Shown here in pieces: positions 29,413 through 39,600 of a stretch of 64,000 nucleotides of DNA (positions are counted from its first letter, which is position 1; each line of letters opens with the position of its first letter). This DNA comes from Acidobacteriota bacterium (GTDB lineage Bacteria > Acidobacteriota > Blastocatellia > Pyrinomonadales > Pyrinomonadaceae), in contig JAIVJC010000008.1 of the NCBI GenBank assembly GCA_020200235.1, positions 449 through 64,448 on the forward strand, in the 5' to 3' direction. Position numbers and translations under genes: made by a program. The notes under the pieces are model-generated. The model saw only the letters and a list, made by a program, of their open reading frames with translations, ran no database searches and had not been told where the DNA came from.

Positions 29413-32376
29413 GTGTATCATCTGCGCGAGTCCCCCGGTAAACATTTTCGCGCTCCCCCGGAAGCTTCCCTCTTGGATCAACTGCTAGAAAATTTGCGCG
29501 CGGCGGTCGGGCGCGAGAACGTGCTCGCCGCACGCGACGAGCTGCTCGTCTACGAGTGCGACGGGCTGACGCAGCACCGGCACACGCCGCGCGCGGTCGC
29601 CTTCCCCGCCTCGACCGAGGAGGTCGCGTGTGTCGTGCGCGAGCTTGCGCGCGCGGGCGTGAGCTTCGCGCCGCGCGGGGCGGGGACAGGTCTTTCGGGC
29701 GGCGCGTTGGCGGTCGGCGGCGGTGTCGTCGTCGAGCTGGCGCGGATGAGAAAGCTGCTGAGGCTCGACGTTGAGAACCGCGTCGCGGTCGTCGAGACCG
29801 GCATGATCAACGCTCAGGTGTCGCGCGCCGCCGCCGCGCACGGGCTCTACTACGCGCCCGATCCTTCGAGCGGCGCGAGCTGCACCGTCGGCGGCAACAT
29901 CGCGGAGAACGCGGGCGGCATTCATTGCCTCAAGTACGGCGTGACGACCGATCACGTCGTCGGCGCGCGCGTCGTCCTCTCCGACGGCAAGGTCGTCGAT
30001 CTCGGCGCGGCGGGCGCGGGCGACTCGGTGGGCTATGATCTGCTCGGCGTCTTCGTCGGCTCCGAGGGCACGTTCGGCATCGCGACCGAGGCGACCGTCA
30101 AACTCCTTCCCCTGCCGCAGTCCGTGCGCACGCTCCTCGCGGACTTCGCAGACATCGACGACGCGAGCCGCGCCGTCTCCGCGATCATCGCCGCGGGTTT
30201 GATCCCCGCCGCGCTTGAGATGGTTGACGGCGCGACGATCCGCGCGGTCGAGGCGAGCGTCTTCGCCGCTGGGCTCCCGTTGGACGCGCAAGCCGCGCTG
30301 CTCATCGAGCTGGACGGGTTGGAAGCCGGGCTCGACGGAGAGGCGCAGCGCGCCGAAGACATCTGCCTGAGAAACGGCGCGCGCGGCGTGCGCCACGCGG
30401 CGGACGAGCGCGAGCGAAAAAAGTTGTGGGCGGCGCGCAAGGGCGCGTTCGGCGCGATGGGTCGGCTCGCGCCCGACATGATGTTGCAGGACGCCGTCGT
30501 GCCGCGCTCGCGCCTGCCCGAAGTTCTGGCGGAGACGTACCGCATCAGCGCGAAGCACGGACTCATCCTCGCCAACGTCTTCCACGCGGGCGACGGCAAC
30601 CTCCACCCCATACTCTGCTTCGACCGGCGCAACGCCGACGAGCTGCGCCGCGTCGAGTGTGCCAACCGCGAGATCGTCGAGACCTGCGTGCGCGCGGGCG
30701 GCACGCTCACGGGCGAGCACGGCGTCGGGCTCGACAAGAGTAAGTACATGCCGCTGCTCTTCTCCGAAAACGATCTCGACGCGATGCTCGCCGTGCGCGC
30801 GGCTTTCGATCCGACGGGCTTGTGCAACCCCGGCAAGATCATCCCCGCGCCGCGCGGCTGCGGCGAGGCTCGCGTCGTGGCGGCTGCGAGCAGTGGCAAT
30901 CAAAACGCGGCTGTTGATAACGGACGCGGCGAAGCGCACGTTGCTCACGAAGAAGCCGCGGGCGAAGTAGAGAATGAGGCTGGCACGGCGTCGAACTTCC
31001 TGGCGGATGAAATTACACTCGTCAACGCGAGCGCCTCTCCGGTTGATGACGCGCGCGCCCCGCTCGTCCAACGGCGAGTCGCGATCACGAATGACATCAG
31101 GGATGCGTTCCGACGGGTCGCGGAGACCGAAGAAGACGAGGCGCGAGGCGGCGCGCTCGTCGTCTCGCCAGCATCGACCGACGAAGCCGCCGAAGTATTG
31201 CTGGTCGCTTCGCGCGAGGGCGTGCCGGTCGTACCGGAAGGCGCGGGGACGTGGCTCGGAGACGATCAGACTCACGCGCGCGGCTGCGTCTTCGTTTCGA
31301 CGCGGCGGCTCTCGCGCATCGTCGCACACTCGCCCGCAGACCTCGTCGTCACGGTGGAGGCTGGCGTGCCGCTGTCCGCGTTGAACGAAGAGCTGGCGCG
31401 CGCGGGTCAGTGGCTCCCGCTCGACCCACCGGGCGGCGCGGGCACGAGCGTCGGCGGCGTGGTGGCGACGAACACGGCGGGCGCGCACGGCTCGGCTTAC
31501 GGGACGCCGCGCGCTTTCGTGCTCGGGATGACGGTCGTGCTGGCGGACGGACGCGTCGTCAGAGTCGGCGGGCGCGTCGTCAAGAACGTCGCGGGCTACG
31601 ATCTCTCCAAACTCTTCACGGGGAGTTTCGGCACGCTCGGGCTCATCACCGAGATCAACTTCAAGCTCCGACCGCGCCCCGAACGCGAGGCGACCTTGCG
31701 CGCGAACGCGGAGACCGTTGATAACTTATTCGTCGCCGCGCGTGGCATACTCCGCGGGGAGTTTCTGCCCGTCGCCCTCGACGTGCGCGCATCCGGCGCG
31801 GCGTCTCGGCAGGCGAACGCCGATCCCGCTCCACGCTTCACGCTGCTCGCGCGCTTCGCGGGCTCTGCGCGGACAGTCGAATCGCAACTCGGACGCGCGC
31901 GCGGTCTGCTGGGCGAGGGTGAGTCGCTGTCGGGCGTCGAGGTCGTCGAAGACGACGCGCGCTTGTGGGCGGAGGGCGGCGAGTCGAACTCAGATGAGGC
32001 TCAGCATATCGAGTTGAAGGTCAACGTCCTGCCCACGCGACTGAGAGCCGCGCTGCTCCGCCTCGAAGAACTACTCGGGGCTTCCGCCGCGCTCGACAAC
32101 TGGGGCGCGAACGTCGCGGCGGGTCGCCTGCGCGTCCGCCTGTATGAAGTTAACGATCCCGCCGGCTGCGTCGATGCGCTCACGCGTTTGCGCGCGGGGC
32201 TGCGGGCTGAGGGCGGATCGGTCGTCGTCGAAAACGCGACGCGCGATTTGCGCGACGTGATGGATCGGATCGGTTTCGATCAGTGGGGCATGAGCGACGA
32301 GCGCGCCGCGCTCATGCGGCGCGTCAAGCTGCGGCTCGACCCGCGCGGGCTGCTGCCGCGTCGGTTCTTCGTGTGA
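29413..32376 (+). CDS. Glycolate oxidase GlcD-GlcE fusion (two FAD-binding PCMH oxidase modules in one ORF)
   Basis: The N-half carries LLVYECDG...FPASTEEVACVVREL...PRGAGTGLSGGA (GlcD type) up to about GKIIPAP. A linker of about 100 aa follows. The C-half carries VVSPASTDEAAEVLL...GAGTWLG...VKNVAGYDLSKLFTGSFGTLG (GlcE type). The start is either GTG 29413 or TTG 29473. Confidence 0.8.
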   Translation: MYHLRESPGKHFRAPPEASLLDQLLENLRAAVGRENVLAARDELLVYECDGLTQHRHTPRAVAFPASTEEVACVVRELARAGVSFAPRGAGTGLSGGALAVGGGVVVELARMRKLLRLDVENRVAVVETGMINAQVSRAAAAHGLYYAPDPSSGASCTVGGNIAENAGGIHCLKYGVTTDHVVGARVVLSDGKVVDLGAAGAGDSVGYDLLGVFVGSEGTFGIATEATVKLLPLPQSVRTLLADFADIDDASRAVSAIIAAGLIPAALEMVDGATIRAVEASVFAAGLPLDAQAALLIELDGLEAGLDGEAQRAEDICLRNGARGVRHAADERERKKLWAARKGAFGAMGRLAPDMMLQDAVVPRSRLPEVLAETYRISAKHGLILANVFHAGDGNLHPILCFDRRNADELRRVECANREIVETCVRAGGTLTGEHGVGLDKSKYMPLLFSENDLDAMLAVRAAFDPTGLCNPGKIIPAPRGCGEARVVAAASSGNQNAAVDNGRGEAHVAHEEAAGEVENEAGTASNFLADEITLVNASASPVDDARAPLVQRRVAITNDIRDAFRRVAETEEDEARGGALVVSPASTDEAAEVLLVASREGVPVVPEGAGTWLGDDQTHARGCVFVSTRRLSRIVAHSPADLVVTVEAGVPLSALNEELARAGQWLPLDPPGGAGTSVGGVVATNTAGAHGSAYGTPRAFVLGMTVVLADGRVVRVGGRVVKNVAGYDLSKLFTGSFGTLGLITEINFKLRPRPEREATLRANAETVDNLFVAARGILRGEFLPVALDVRASGAASRQANADPAPRFTLLARFAGSARTVESQLGRARGLLGEGESLSGVEVVEDDARLWAEGGESNSDEAQHIELKVNVLPTRLRAALLRLEELLGASAALDNWGANVAAGRLRVRLYEVNDPAGCVDALTRLRAGLRAEGGSVVVENATRDLRDVMDRIGFDQWGMSDERAALMRRVKLRLDPRGLLPRRFFV

Positions 32377-32444
32377 GGAGTCGCAAAGAGAAGCGCGGAA
32401 GTTTTGCAAGGAGTCCTTATTCCGATTTCGCTGGCAGCCCCAGG

Positions 32445-33866
32445 ATGATGCAGACTCAACCTCAGACACTCGCACGCGCGCTCGCACACGAGGAGGCGAA
32501 GCTGCTCGCGTGCATCCACTGCGGACTGTGCCTCGAAGCCTGCCCGACCTACGTCCACACGGGCGACGAGAACGACGGTCCGCGCGGGCGGCTCTACCTG
32601 ATGCGCGCCGCCGAAGAGGGGCGACTCGCCGTCGCGTCGCCCGCCTTCGAGCGGCACATCGACCGCTGCCTCGGCTGTCGCGCGTGCGAGAGCGCGTGCC
32701 CGGCGGGCGTCGAGTACGGCGTGCTTCTCGAAGCCGCGCGCGCAGACATCCGCGAGCACGGCGAGAGGCGCAGCCACACCGGCAGGCTTCTCAACTTCAC
32801 GCTGCGCCACGTCTGGCTCCACCCCGCGCGCCTGCGCTTCGCCTTCGCCGCGGCGCGCGTCTTCCGCGATGCGGGGCTCGCACGTCTCCTGCTCAAGTCG
32901 CGCCTGCCGCGTCTCGTCTCGCCGCGCTTCGAGCTCGCGCTCGCGCTGCTCGACTCTTCTGCGCGCGCCCCGCTCAACGGATCGAAGAGTATCGCGCGCG
33001 AAGCGTCGCACGAAGAGGGCACGCCGCGATCGGTCGTTGGAAAGAATGTTGGCGGCGCTGAGAGCCGTCCCGATGAGCCACGCGCCGCGCAACTCTTCGA
33101 GGGCTGCGTGACGGAAGGGCTGTTCGCGCGCGTCAACCGCGCCACGGCGCGCGTCGTGCGCGTGCAGGGCTGCGAGGTCTCCGCGCCTTCGGGTCAGGTC
33201 TGCTGCGGCGCGCTTCACGCGCACGCGGGCGACACAGAAGGCGCGCGCACGCTCGCGCGGCGCAACGTCGAGGCGTTCGAGTCCGCGCCGTTGGCTCCGG
33301 TCGTGACGAATGCGGGCGGGTGCGGGGCGATGCTCAAGGGTTACGGGCATCTCCTCTCGGACGACGTGGAGTTCGCGGATCGGGCGCGGGATTTCAGCGC
33401 GCGCGTGCGCGACGTGAGCCAGCAGCTGGCGGCGACGGGCTTGCGCGTGGGCGCGCCGATAGACGCCGGGGTGACGACCTACGACGCCTCGTGCCACCTG
33501 CTCCACGGCCAGCGCGCGGCGGAAGAGCCCCTGCGGATGCTCGAGGCGATCCCCGCGCTGCGCTTCGTCGCGCTCGAAGGCAGCGACGTGTGCTGCGGCG
33601 GCGCGGGCGTCTACAACCTGCTCGAAATGGAGCTGTCTGCGCGCGTGCTCGCGGAAAAACTCAAACACGTCGCGGAGTCGGGCGCGACGCTGCTCGCCAC
33701 GGGCAACGCCGGATGCCACATGCAGATCGGGGCGGGCGCACGGCTCGCGGGCATGGAGCTTCGCGTCTGCCACCCCGTCGAGCTGCTTGACGAGTCGTAC
33801 CGGCGTGCGGGATTTTATGACGAAGAGATTGCAGAGGCTGAGGGCTCGGCGAAGCAGAACCCTTGA
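32445..33866 (+). CDS. glcF: Glycolate oxidase iron-sulfur subunit
   Basis: Two 4Fe-4S ferredoxin motifs (CIHCGLCLEACP and CLGCRACESACP) followed by two CCG cysteine-rich domains (CCG...C, DVCCGGAG). ATG at 32445 (MMQTQPQ). Confidence 0.85.
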   Translation: MMQTQPQTLARALAHEEAKLLACIHCGLCLEACPTYVHTGDENDGPRGRLYLMRAAEEGRLAVASPAFERHIDRCLGCRACESACPAGVEYGVLLEAARADIREHGERRSHTGRLLNFTLRHVWLHPARLRFAFAAARVFRDAGLARLLLKSRLPRLVSPRFELALALLDSSARAPLNGSKSIAREASHEEGTPRSVVGKNVGGAESRPDEPRAAQLFEGCVTEGLFARVNRATARVVRVQGCEVSAPSGQVCCGALHAHAGDTEGARTLARRNVEAFESAPLAPVVTNAGGCGAMLKGYGHLLSDDVEFADRARDFSARVRDVSQQLAATGLRVGAPIDAGVTTYDASCHLLHGQRAAEEPLRMLEAIPALRFVALEGSDVCCGGAGVYNLLEMELSARVLAEKLKHVAESGATLLATGNAGCHMQIGAGARLAGMELRVCHPVELLDESYRRAGFYDEEIAEAEGSAKQNP

Positions 33867-33894
33867 AGTGTGATCCTTTGAGCGTGTATCGACC

Positions 33895-35157
33895 TTATTT
33901 TTCAGCGGCGTCGAACGCGACGCGACCGGCGATGAGCGTCAGTCGGACTTGACCGCCATCGTCGATGGCGACGAGGTCGGCGCGCTTCCCTTCCTCGATG
34001 GAGCCGCATGAGTCTTCGACGCCGAGCAGGCGCGCGGGCGTGAGCGACGCCATGCGCGCGACCTCGTGGGGACGCGCGCCGAGCGCGAGCATCATGCGCG
34101 CGGCGTCGAGCGAGGTGATGACGGAGCCCGCTATCGAGCCGCGCGCGTTCCGCGTGCGCCCTCCCTCGACCGTGATCGTCTCGCCCCAGACTTCGTAGTC
34201 GCCGTCGCCGAGGCCCGCGGGCAGCACGGCGTCGCTGATGAGCGCGAGGCGATCCGCGCCTTTGCAGCGCAGCGCGAGGCGGAGCGCAAGGGGATGGCAG
34301 TGGACGCCGTCGGCGATCACGTCGCAGGTCACGTCGTCGGCGAGCAAGCCCCAGCCGACCACACCGGGCGCGCGGTGGTGGAGCGGCGACATCGCGTTGA
34401 AGAAGTGCGTCAGGTGGCGCGCGCCAGCCCCGCGCGCCGCGTCGAGTGTTTGCGCGTCGGCGCGCGTGTGACCGACGGAGACGATCCAGCCGCGCCCGCA
34501 GAGTTCGCCGACCAGCGCGACGCCGCCTTCGATCTCCGGCGCGACCGTCATCAAGTGCACCGCGCGCGGGTCGTCGATGGCGGCTACTCCTTCGAGGCTC
34601 GAAGCGTCGGCGAAGGTGCGGAAGTATCGCGTGCGGAGCGCGCCGCACTGCGCGGTGTTGACGAAGGGTCCTTCGTAGTGGACGCCGAGGGCGCGCGCCG
34701 ACGGGGGTCGTTCCCGGTCGCTGACGGTCGTCGCTTCTTCGTCCTGCTCGCGCATGAGCGTCGCGATTGCTCCGACGGCGCGCCGGTAGTCTTCGTCGGG
34801 CGCGGGGACGAGCGTGGGGAGCCACGAGGTGACGCCGCGCGAGGCGAGGAAGCGCGCGACGCGGCGCAGGTCTTCCGCGGAAGCCGCGAGCGCGTCGACG
34901 CCGACCGCGCCGTGGATGTGTACGTCGACGAAGCCGGGGTAGAGGGTCGCGCCGCGCAGATCGAACTCGCGCGCGTCCCGCGCCTCTGAGCTCAACTCGT
35001 CGTCGGTCGCGACGCGGGCGATGAGACCGCCCTCGACGAGAATCGTCGCGTCGTCCGCGACGCCGTCCGGCAACACGACGCGCGCGCCGCGCAACAGCAC
35101 GCGGTCGCGTGTCCTCTCGCCAGCCTTCAGTTCCCTCCCGTCTTCTTCCGCCGTCAT
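33895..35157 (-). CDS. nagA: N-acetylglucosamine-6-phosphate deacetylase
   Basis: Motifs PGFVDVHIHGAVGVD, MTVAPE, VSVGHTRA, LTHFFNAM and LISDA, in NagA order. Confidence 0.85.
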   Translation of the reverse strand: MTAEEDGRELKAGERTRDRVLLRGARVVLPDGVADDATILVEGGLIARVATDDELSSEARDAREFDLRGATLYPGFVDVHIHGAVGVDALAASAEDLRRVARFLASRGVTSWLPTLVPAPDEDYRRAVGAIATLMREQDEEATTVSDRERPPSARALGVHYEGPFVNTAQCGALRTRYFRTFADASSLEGVAAIDDPRAVHLMTVAPEIEGGVALVGELCGRGWIVSVGHTRADAQTLDAARGAGARHLTHFFNAMSPLHHRAPGVVGWGLLADDVTCDVIADGVHCHPLALRLALRCKGADRLALISDAVLPAGLGDGDYEVWGETITVEGGRTRNARGSIAGSVITSLDAARMMLALGARPHEVARMASLTPARLLGVEDSCGSIEEGKRADLVAIDDGGQVRLTLIAGRVAFDAAEK

Positions 35158-36518
35158 TGTTTCCCCCCGCTCGCCGTGCCGGTCTTCGCGTCCGCGTCGA
35201 AGGCGGCTCGGCGGAGTCGTTCGAGGTAGTCGCCCGCGGGGTTGTTGGGCTGGCTCGGCGCGGCTGTGAAGTCGTAGGAGAAGAGGATGAAGCCGTCGGC
35301 GGCGAGCCCGCGCGCAACACTAATTTTCTCGACGCTCGACTCGACGGGGATGCGGTACGCGCCCACGCCCGCCCAGATGCGCTTCCCGGAGGCGTGCGCC
35401 GCGGCGGTCGCGATCTCGATCTGCTTGCGGAAGACGGCGGTGTCGGTCGTGTAAGCCATCGGGCAGACCACGTCGATGACGCCCATCGCGAGCCACCGCT
35501 TCCAATCCTGGAAGCGGCGCGCGTACGCGTCGGCGTCGTTGGCGAAGACCGCGGCGGAGACGATCGCCTCCGGCTTGCGCTTTTTGACGCCGTGGTAGAC
35601 GCGCTCGACGAGCGACGTGATCTGCTCGCGCTGGAAGTCGGCGAACTGCTCGCGGTAGGCGTCCGCGGCGGCGAGCGGGTTGGACTTGAGCGCGTCGTCG
35701 AGCAGCCGGCGCTCGGCTGTCGAGAGGCGCGGGTCGAGCCACGCGCGGAAGCGATCCAGTGAGGTGCGGCTGTGATCGAAGTCGGGACTCGCGAGGCGGA
35801 CGTAGTCGAAGTGGAGCCCGGAGAGATCGGGGTAGCGTTCGAGCAAGTCCATCCAGACGGAGTAGACGTGCTCTCTGACGGCGGGGTGCGCGGGGCTCGT
35901 GTAGACGCCTTCGAGTTCCGCGCGGTTCGCCTTCGACCACTCGACGATCTTCGCGCGGTAGCGCGGGTCGGCAGGCGCCGTCGCGTAGAGCTCTGCCGCG
36001 ACTGCGCGCGGGACGGCGAGCCAGTCCGGATGAGAGTTCCAGACGTGCGAGTCCTCGGTCGGCAGATCGTCGAGGTTGGCGAGCAGGCTCGTGTTGATCC
36101 ACGCGTGGACTCGGAGCCCGGCGCGCTTCGCCTCGGAGATGGCGAGGGCGAGCGGGTCGAAGTCGCGCCGCTGATCTTTGAGAGCCGACGCGCGCGGTTC
36201 CCAGCGCGAAGTGTAGTAGGCGTCGCCGCGCCCGCGCACCTGCACGACGAGCGTGTTAAAGCCCGAGCGGGACGCGCTCTTCACCATCGCCCGAATTTTT
36301 TCCGGCGAGGTCAGAGTAGTTCGGACGACCCAGAGGGCGCGCACCTCGCCGGCGACCGGCGGGGCGATAGTCTGCTTCGCTGGCGTGGCGGCTGATCCCT
36401 CGCGCGCAGGGGCGGGCTCGGTCTGCGCCGAGACGCACGCGGCGGCGAGCAGCACGAAGGCGGCGGCGATGATTCGTCGCCCGGTTTCGCGGCGGTTACT
36501 TTTCGGCATGAATCTCAT
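35154..36518 (-). CDS. GHL10 (DUF187, YddW/DigH-like) glycoside-hydrolase-like protein, secreted
   Basis: Signal peptide (IIAAAFVLLAAACVSAQ). The family-typical N-region is VRALWVVRTTL...GFNTLVVQVRGRGDAYYTS followed by LRVHAWIN. The stop overlaps the nagA start by 4 nt. I chose ATG 36518. Confidence 0.7.
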   Translation of the reverse strand: MRFMPKSNRRETGRRIIAAAFVLLAAACVSAQTEPAPAREGSAATPAKQTIAPPVAGEVRALWVVRTTLTSPEKIRAMVKSASRSGFNTLVVQVRGRGDAYYTSRWEPRASALKDQRRDFDPLALAISEAKRAGLRVHAWINTSLLANLDDLPTEDSHVWNSHPDWLAVPRAVAAELYATAPADPRYRAKIVEWSKANRAELEGVYTSPAHPAVREHVYSVWMDLLERYPDLSGLHFDYVRLASPDFDHSRTSLDRFRAWLDPRLSTAERRLLDDALKSNPLAAADAYREQFADFQREQITSLVERVYHGVKKRKPEAIVSAAVFANDADAYARRFQDWKRWLAMGVIDVVCPMAYTTDTAVFRKQIEIATAAAHASGKRIWAGVGAYRIPVESSVEKISVARGLAADGFILFSYDFTAAPSQPNNPAGDYLERLRRAAFDADAKTGTASGGKQ

Positions 36519-36657
36519 GGGGTGAGTGTGACCTGACGTGTGGGTGAGCGGGACGCGGTAGACACACCGCCCGGCGGCAGGTCGGGAGCGCCGCACAAAA
36601 GAAACGGGGCGGGGACCACTCCGGACCCCGCCCGCTGTTTGAGCCGGGGGTCCGGCG

Positions 36658-39600
36658 TTAGAAGGTGTAGCGCAGCGCCATCTGGATGATGCGCGGCCGG
36701 TAGAGGCCGTACGTGCCCGTGATGCGCCCGAAGTTGACGCTCTGGATGTCCGTGTTAGGGAGCCCGTACCAGACGTGGTTCAGGGCGTTGAACATGTCGG
36801 CGCGCACCATGAAGCGGTGGCCCTCCCACGGCATCTGGAAGAACTTGCTGAGGCCAAGGTCTACGATCTGCTGGCCGTCGCGGTTGAACGTGTTGCGGCC
36901 GAGGATGCCGTTGCCGTAGTCGGCCATCGTCGAGGAGCGGAAGGCCGAGCGCGGCAGGCGGGACTGCGAGTTCGCCGGGTTGTCGATGTCCTGCCCGAGG
37001 ATGGAGGTGTTGATGATTACGGGGCGGCTATCGGTAAAGCCGTCGAGGTTCACGTCGGCGCCGAGGCTGTCCGTGACGGTGAAAGGCGTTCCCGAAGCGA
37101 GCCGGACGACCGTGGAGACCTGCCAGCCGCCAAGCACCTGGCCGGCGAGGTCCTTCCGCCCCGTGAAGAACGGGACGCGGTAGGTGCCGTAGACGGTGAA
37201 GCGGTGCGGCGTGTGGAAGAGCGACGGCCCGCGCGAGATGCGCGCCGTGTTGCCGTTCTGGTTGTTGTCGCCGGCGGAGCCGAGGTTGGTCGCCTCGGAA
37301 GTGGTGTCTATGCTCTTACTGAGCGTGTAGGAGACCTGGAAGTTGAGGCCCTGGCTGAGCCGCTTGTCCCACTGAGCCTGGAAGCCGTGGTAGTAGCTCC
37401 ACGAGGCGTTGCTCACGAGCAGGTTGGTCGAGTAGCGCGGGTCGGGGCGCCGCTCGTCGGTGCGCGGGACGCGGACGCTGTACTCCAGGGCGCCGATGGG
37501 CACCACTACCGGGCACGCCGCGGTGAACGGGATCGCCGACGTCCCGGCCGTCCCCGCGCACTGAGCGTCGGCCGCCAGGCGGATGACCTGCCCGCGCTGC
37601 GCCGCCGCGTTGTTCGGGTGGTTGGCGACGAAGACGCCGTTGACGGGGTCGTGGAGGGGCAGGTTCCCCTGCGCGAAGCGGAGCAGGCCGATGCCGCGGT
37701 TGCCCGTGTAGGTCAGGCGCAGGGCCGACTTGAGCGGGAGCTGGCGCTCGTAGCTCAGGTTCCACTGCTGCGTGTAGGGCATTTCGAGGCCGGGATCGAC
37801 GATGGTCAGCGGGTGGCGATTGGCCTGCGGGCCCGGGACGAAGACGAAGCCGCCGGTCGGGTCGGCGAGGTTTGTCGGCTGGAAGCCTTGGGTGGGCGCC
37901 GTCGTCGAGGAAGTGCGGGTGTAGTTGAGCGCGTTCGGCGGATTGAAGCGCAGACCGGCGCCGCCCTGCGAGAAGACCGACTGGAAGATGCGGCCGTGGT
38001 AGATGCCGTAGCCGCCGCGGATGGAGGACTCGCCGGGGCCGCCGAAGATGTCATTCCAGAACCCCGACTTGAAGGCCGGGCTCCAGGCGAAGCCGACGCG
38101 CGGCTCGATGTTGTCCTTGTCGTCCTCGTAAAGGTAGTCGATGCGCCCCTCGGCCTCTTCCGGCACCGCCACGTACTCGTAGCGCAGGCCGAGGTTCAAC
38201 GTCAGGTTAGGCCGGACGCGCCAGTTGTCCTCACCGTAGAAATTGTACTCGTTGATACGGTTTTCTAGGAAGAACGGCCCGAAGCCCTTCTGGAAGTTGG
38301 GGACGCAGCCGTTCAGGAGCGAGTTGAAGCCGCTCCCGTAGTTGACGGTGTTGCAGGAGGCGGAGTTGAAGTTGTAGAAGCCGCGCGAGAAGCTGTCGGC
38401 CAAGTCGTCGAGGTGCTGGCGGCGGATGTCCGTGCCGGCCTTGAACTGGTGGTTGCCGCCGAAGAAGGTCGAGAGGTTGTAGACAAACTGGTTGTCGGTC
38501 TGGTAGCGCTGGATCGGGACGGCGATGTTGACGAGCGTGGTGCGCAGGCCCAGACCGTAGCGTGCCTCGCCGACGACCGTCGGCGAGAAGATGTGCGTCC
38601 ACGTGAAGCCGATGTTCTGCTGCTTGTTGTTCTGGTCGGCGCGCTCGCCGATGATGAGATCGTCGGCAGTGAACCTCTGCCGCGTGTACTGCCAGCGCCC
38701 GGTCACGGTGTCAGACTGCCGGGCGTTCCAGTCGAAGCGGCCCGAGTAGTCGCGCGCCGGGAAGTCGCGGCTCTGCACGCCGCGCCAGCAACGGGGGCAG
38801 CGCGTCGGGTCGTTCGGGTAGACGTTGTTCTCGGCGAAGCGGGCGAGCGTGGCCTGGATGAAGGCGCGGTTGGCCGGCGTGTTGTTGGCCGGGGTGGTGT
38901 TGAACCAGTTGGCCGGGTCGTGCTCGCTGCGCAGAAAGACGTCGCGCGAGATGTTGGCGCCCCCCGTGTCCTCGGTGTGATCCCAGCTCACGAAGCCGAA
39001 CAGGTGATTCTTGACCAGGGGAAAGCCGCCGGTCATGCCGAACTGGTTGCGCCGGTCGACGGCCTTCTTGAGTCCGGGGCTGAAGACGTTGTTCGTCGCG
39101 TTCAAGGCGCTGTTCTGGTTGAACCAGTAGGCGCTGCCGTGGAGCTTGTTGGTGCCGGAGAGCGTCTGGACGAGGACGACGGCGCCGTAGCCGCGCCCGA
39201 ACTCGGCGGTGAAGTTATTGGTGATGACCTGGAACTCTTTGATCGTGGCGAGCGAGACGCCCTGCCGGTTCTGGTTCTCGGAGGAGTCGTCGTTGTTGAC
39301 GCCGTTGATCTGGAAGGTGGCGCCGCGCGTGCCCGTGCCGTTGAAGTTGATGGAGGAGCCGGAGGAGGCGGTCGGGTTGTTCTGACCCGAGACGGGGTTT
39401 TCCTGGAAGCCGGTGAAGGTCTCGGCGAGCGTCAGGAAGTTGCCCTGGTTGAGCGTCGGCTTGTCGGTGATCTCCTGCGTGTTGAGCGACTGCTTGACCT
39501 CGGCGTTGGTGGTGTTGATCGGCGCCTCCTCGGCGGTGATGGTCACCTCTTCGTTGACGGCCGGCTTCAACTCGAAGTTGACGGCGAGCGTCTGGTTCAG

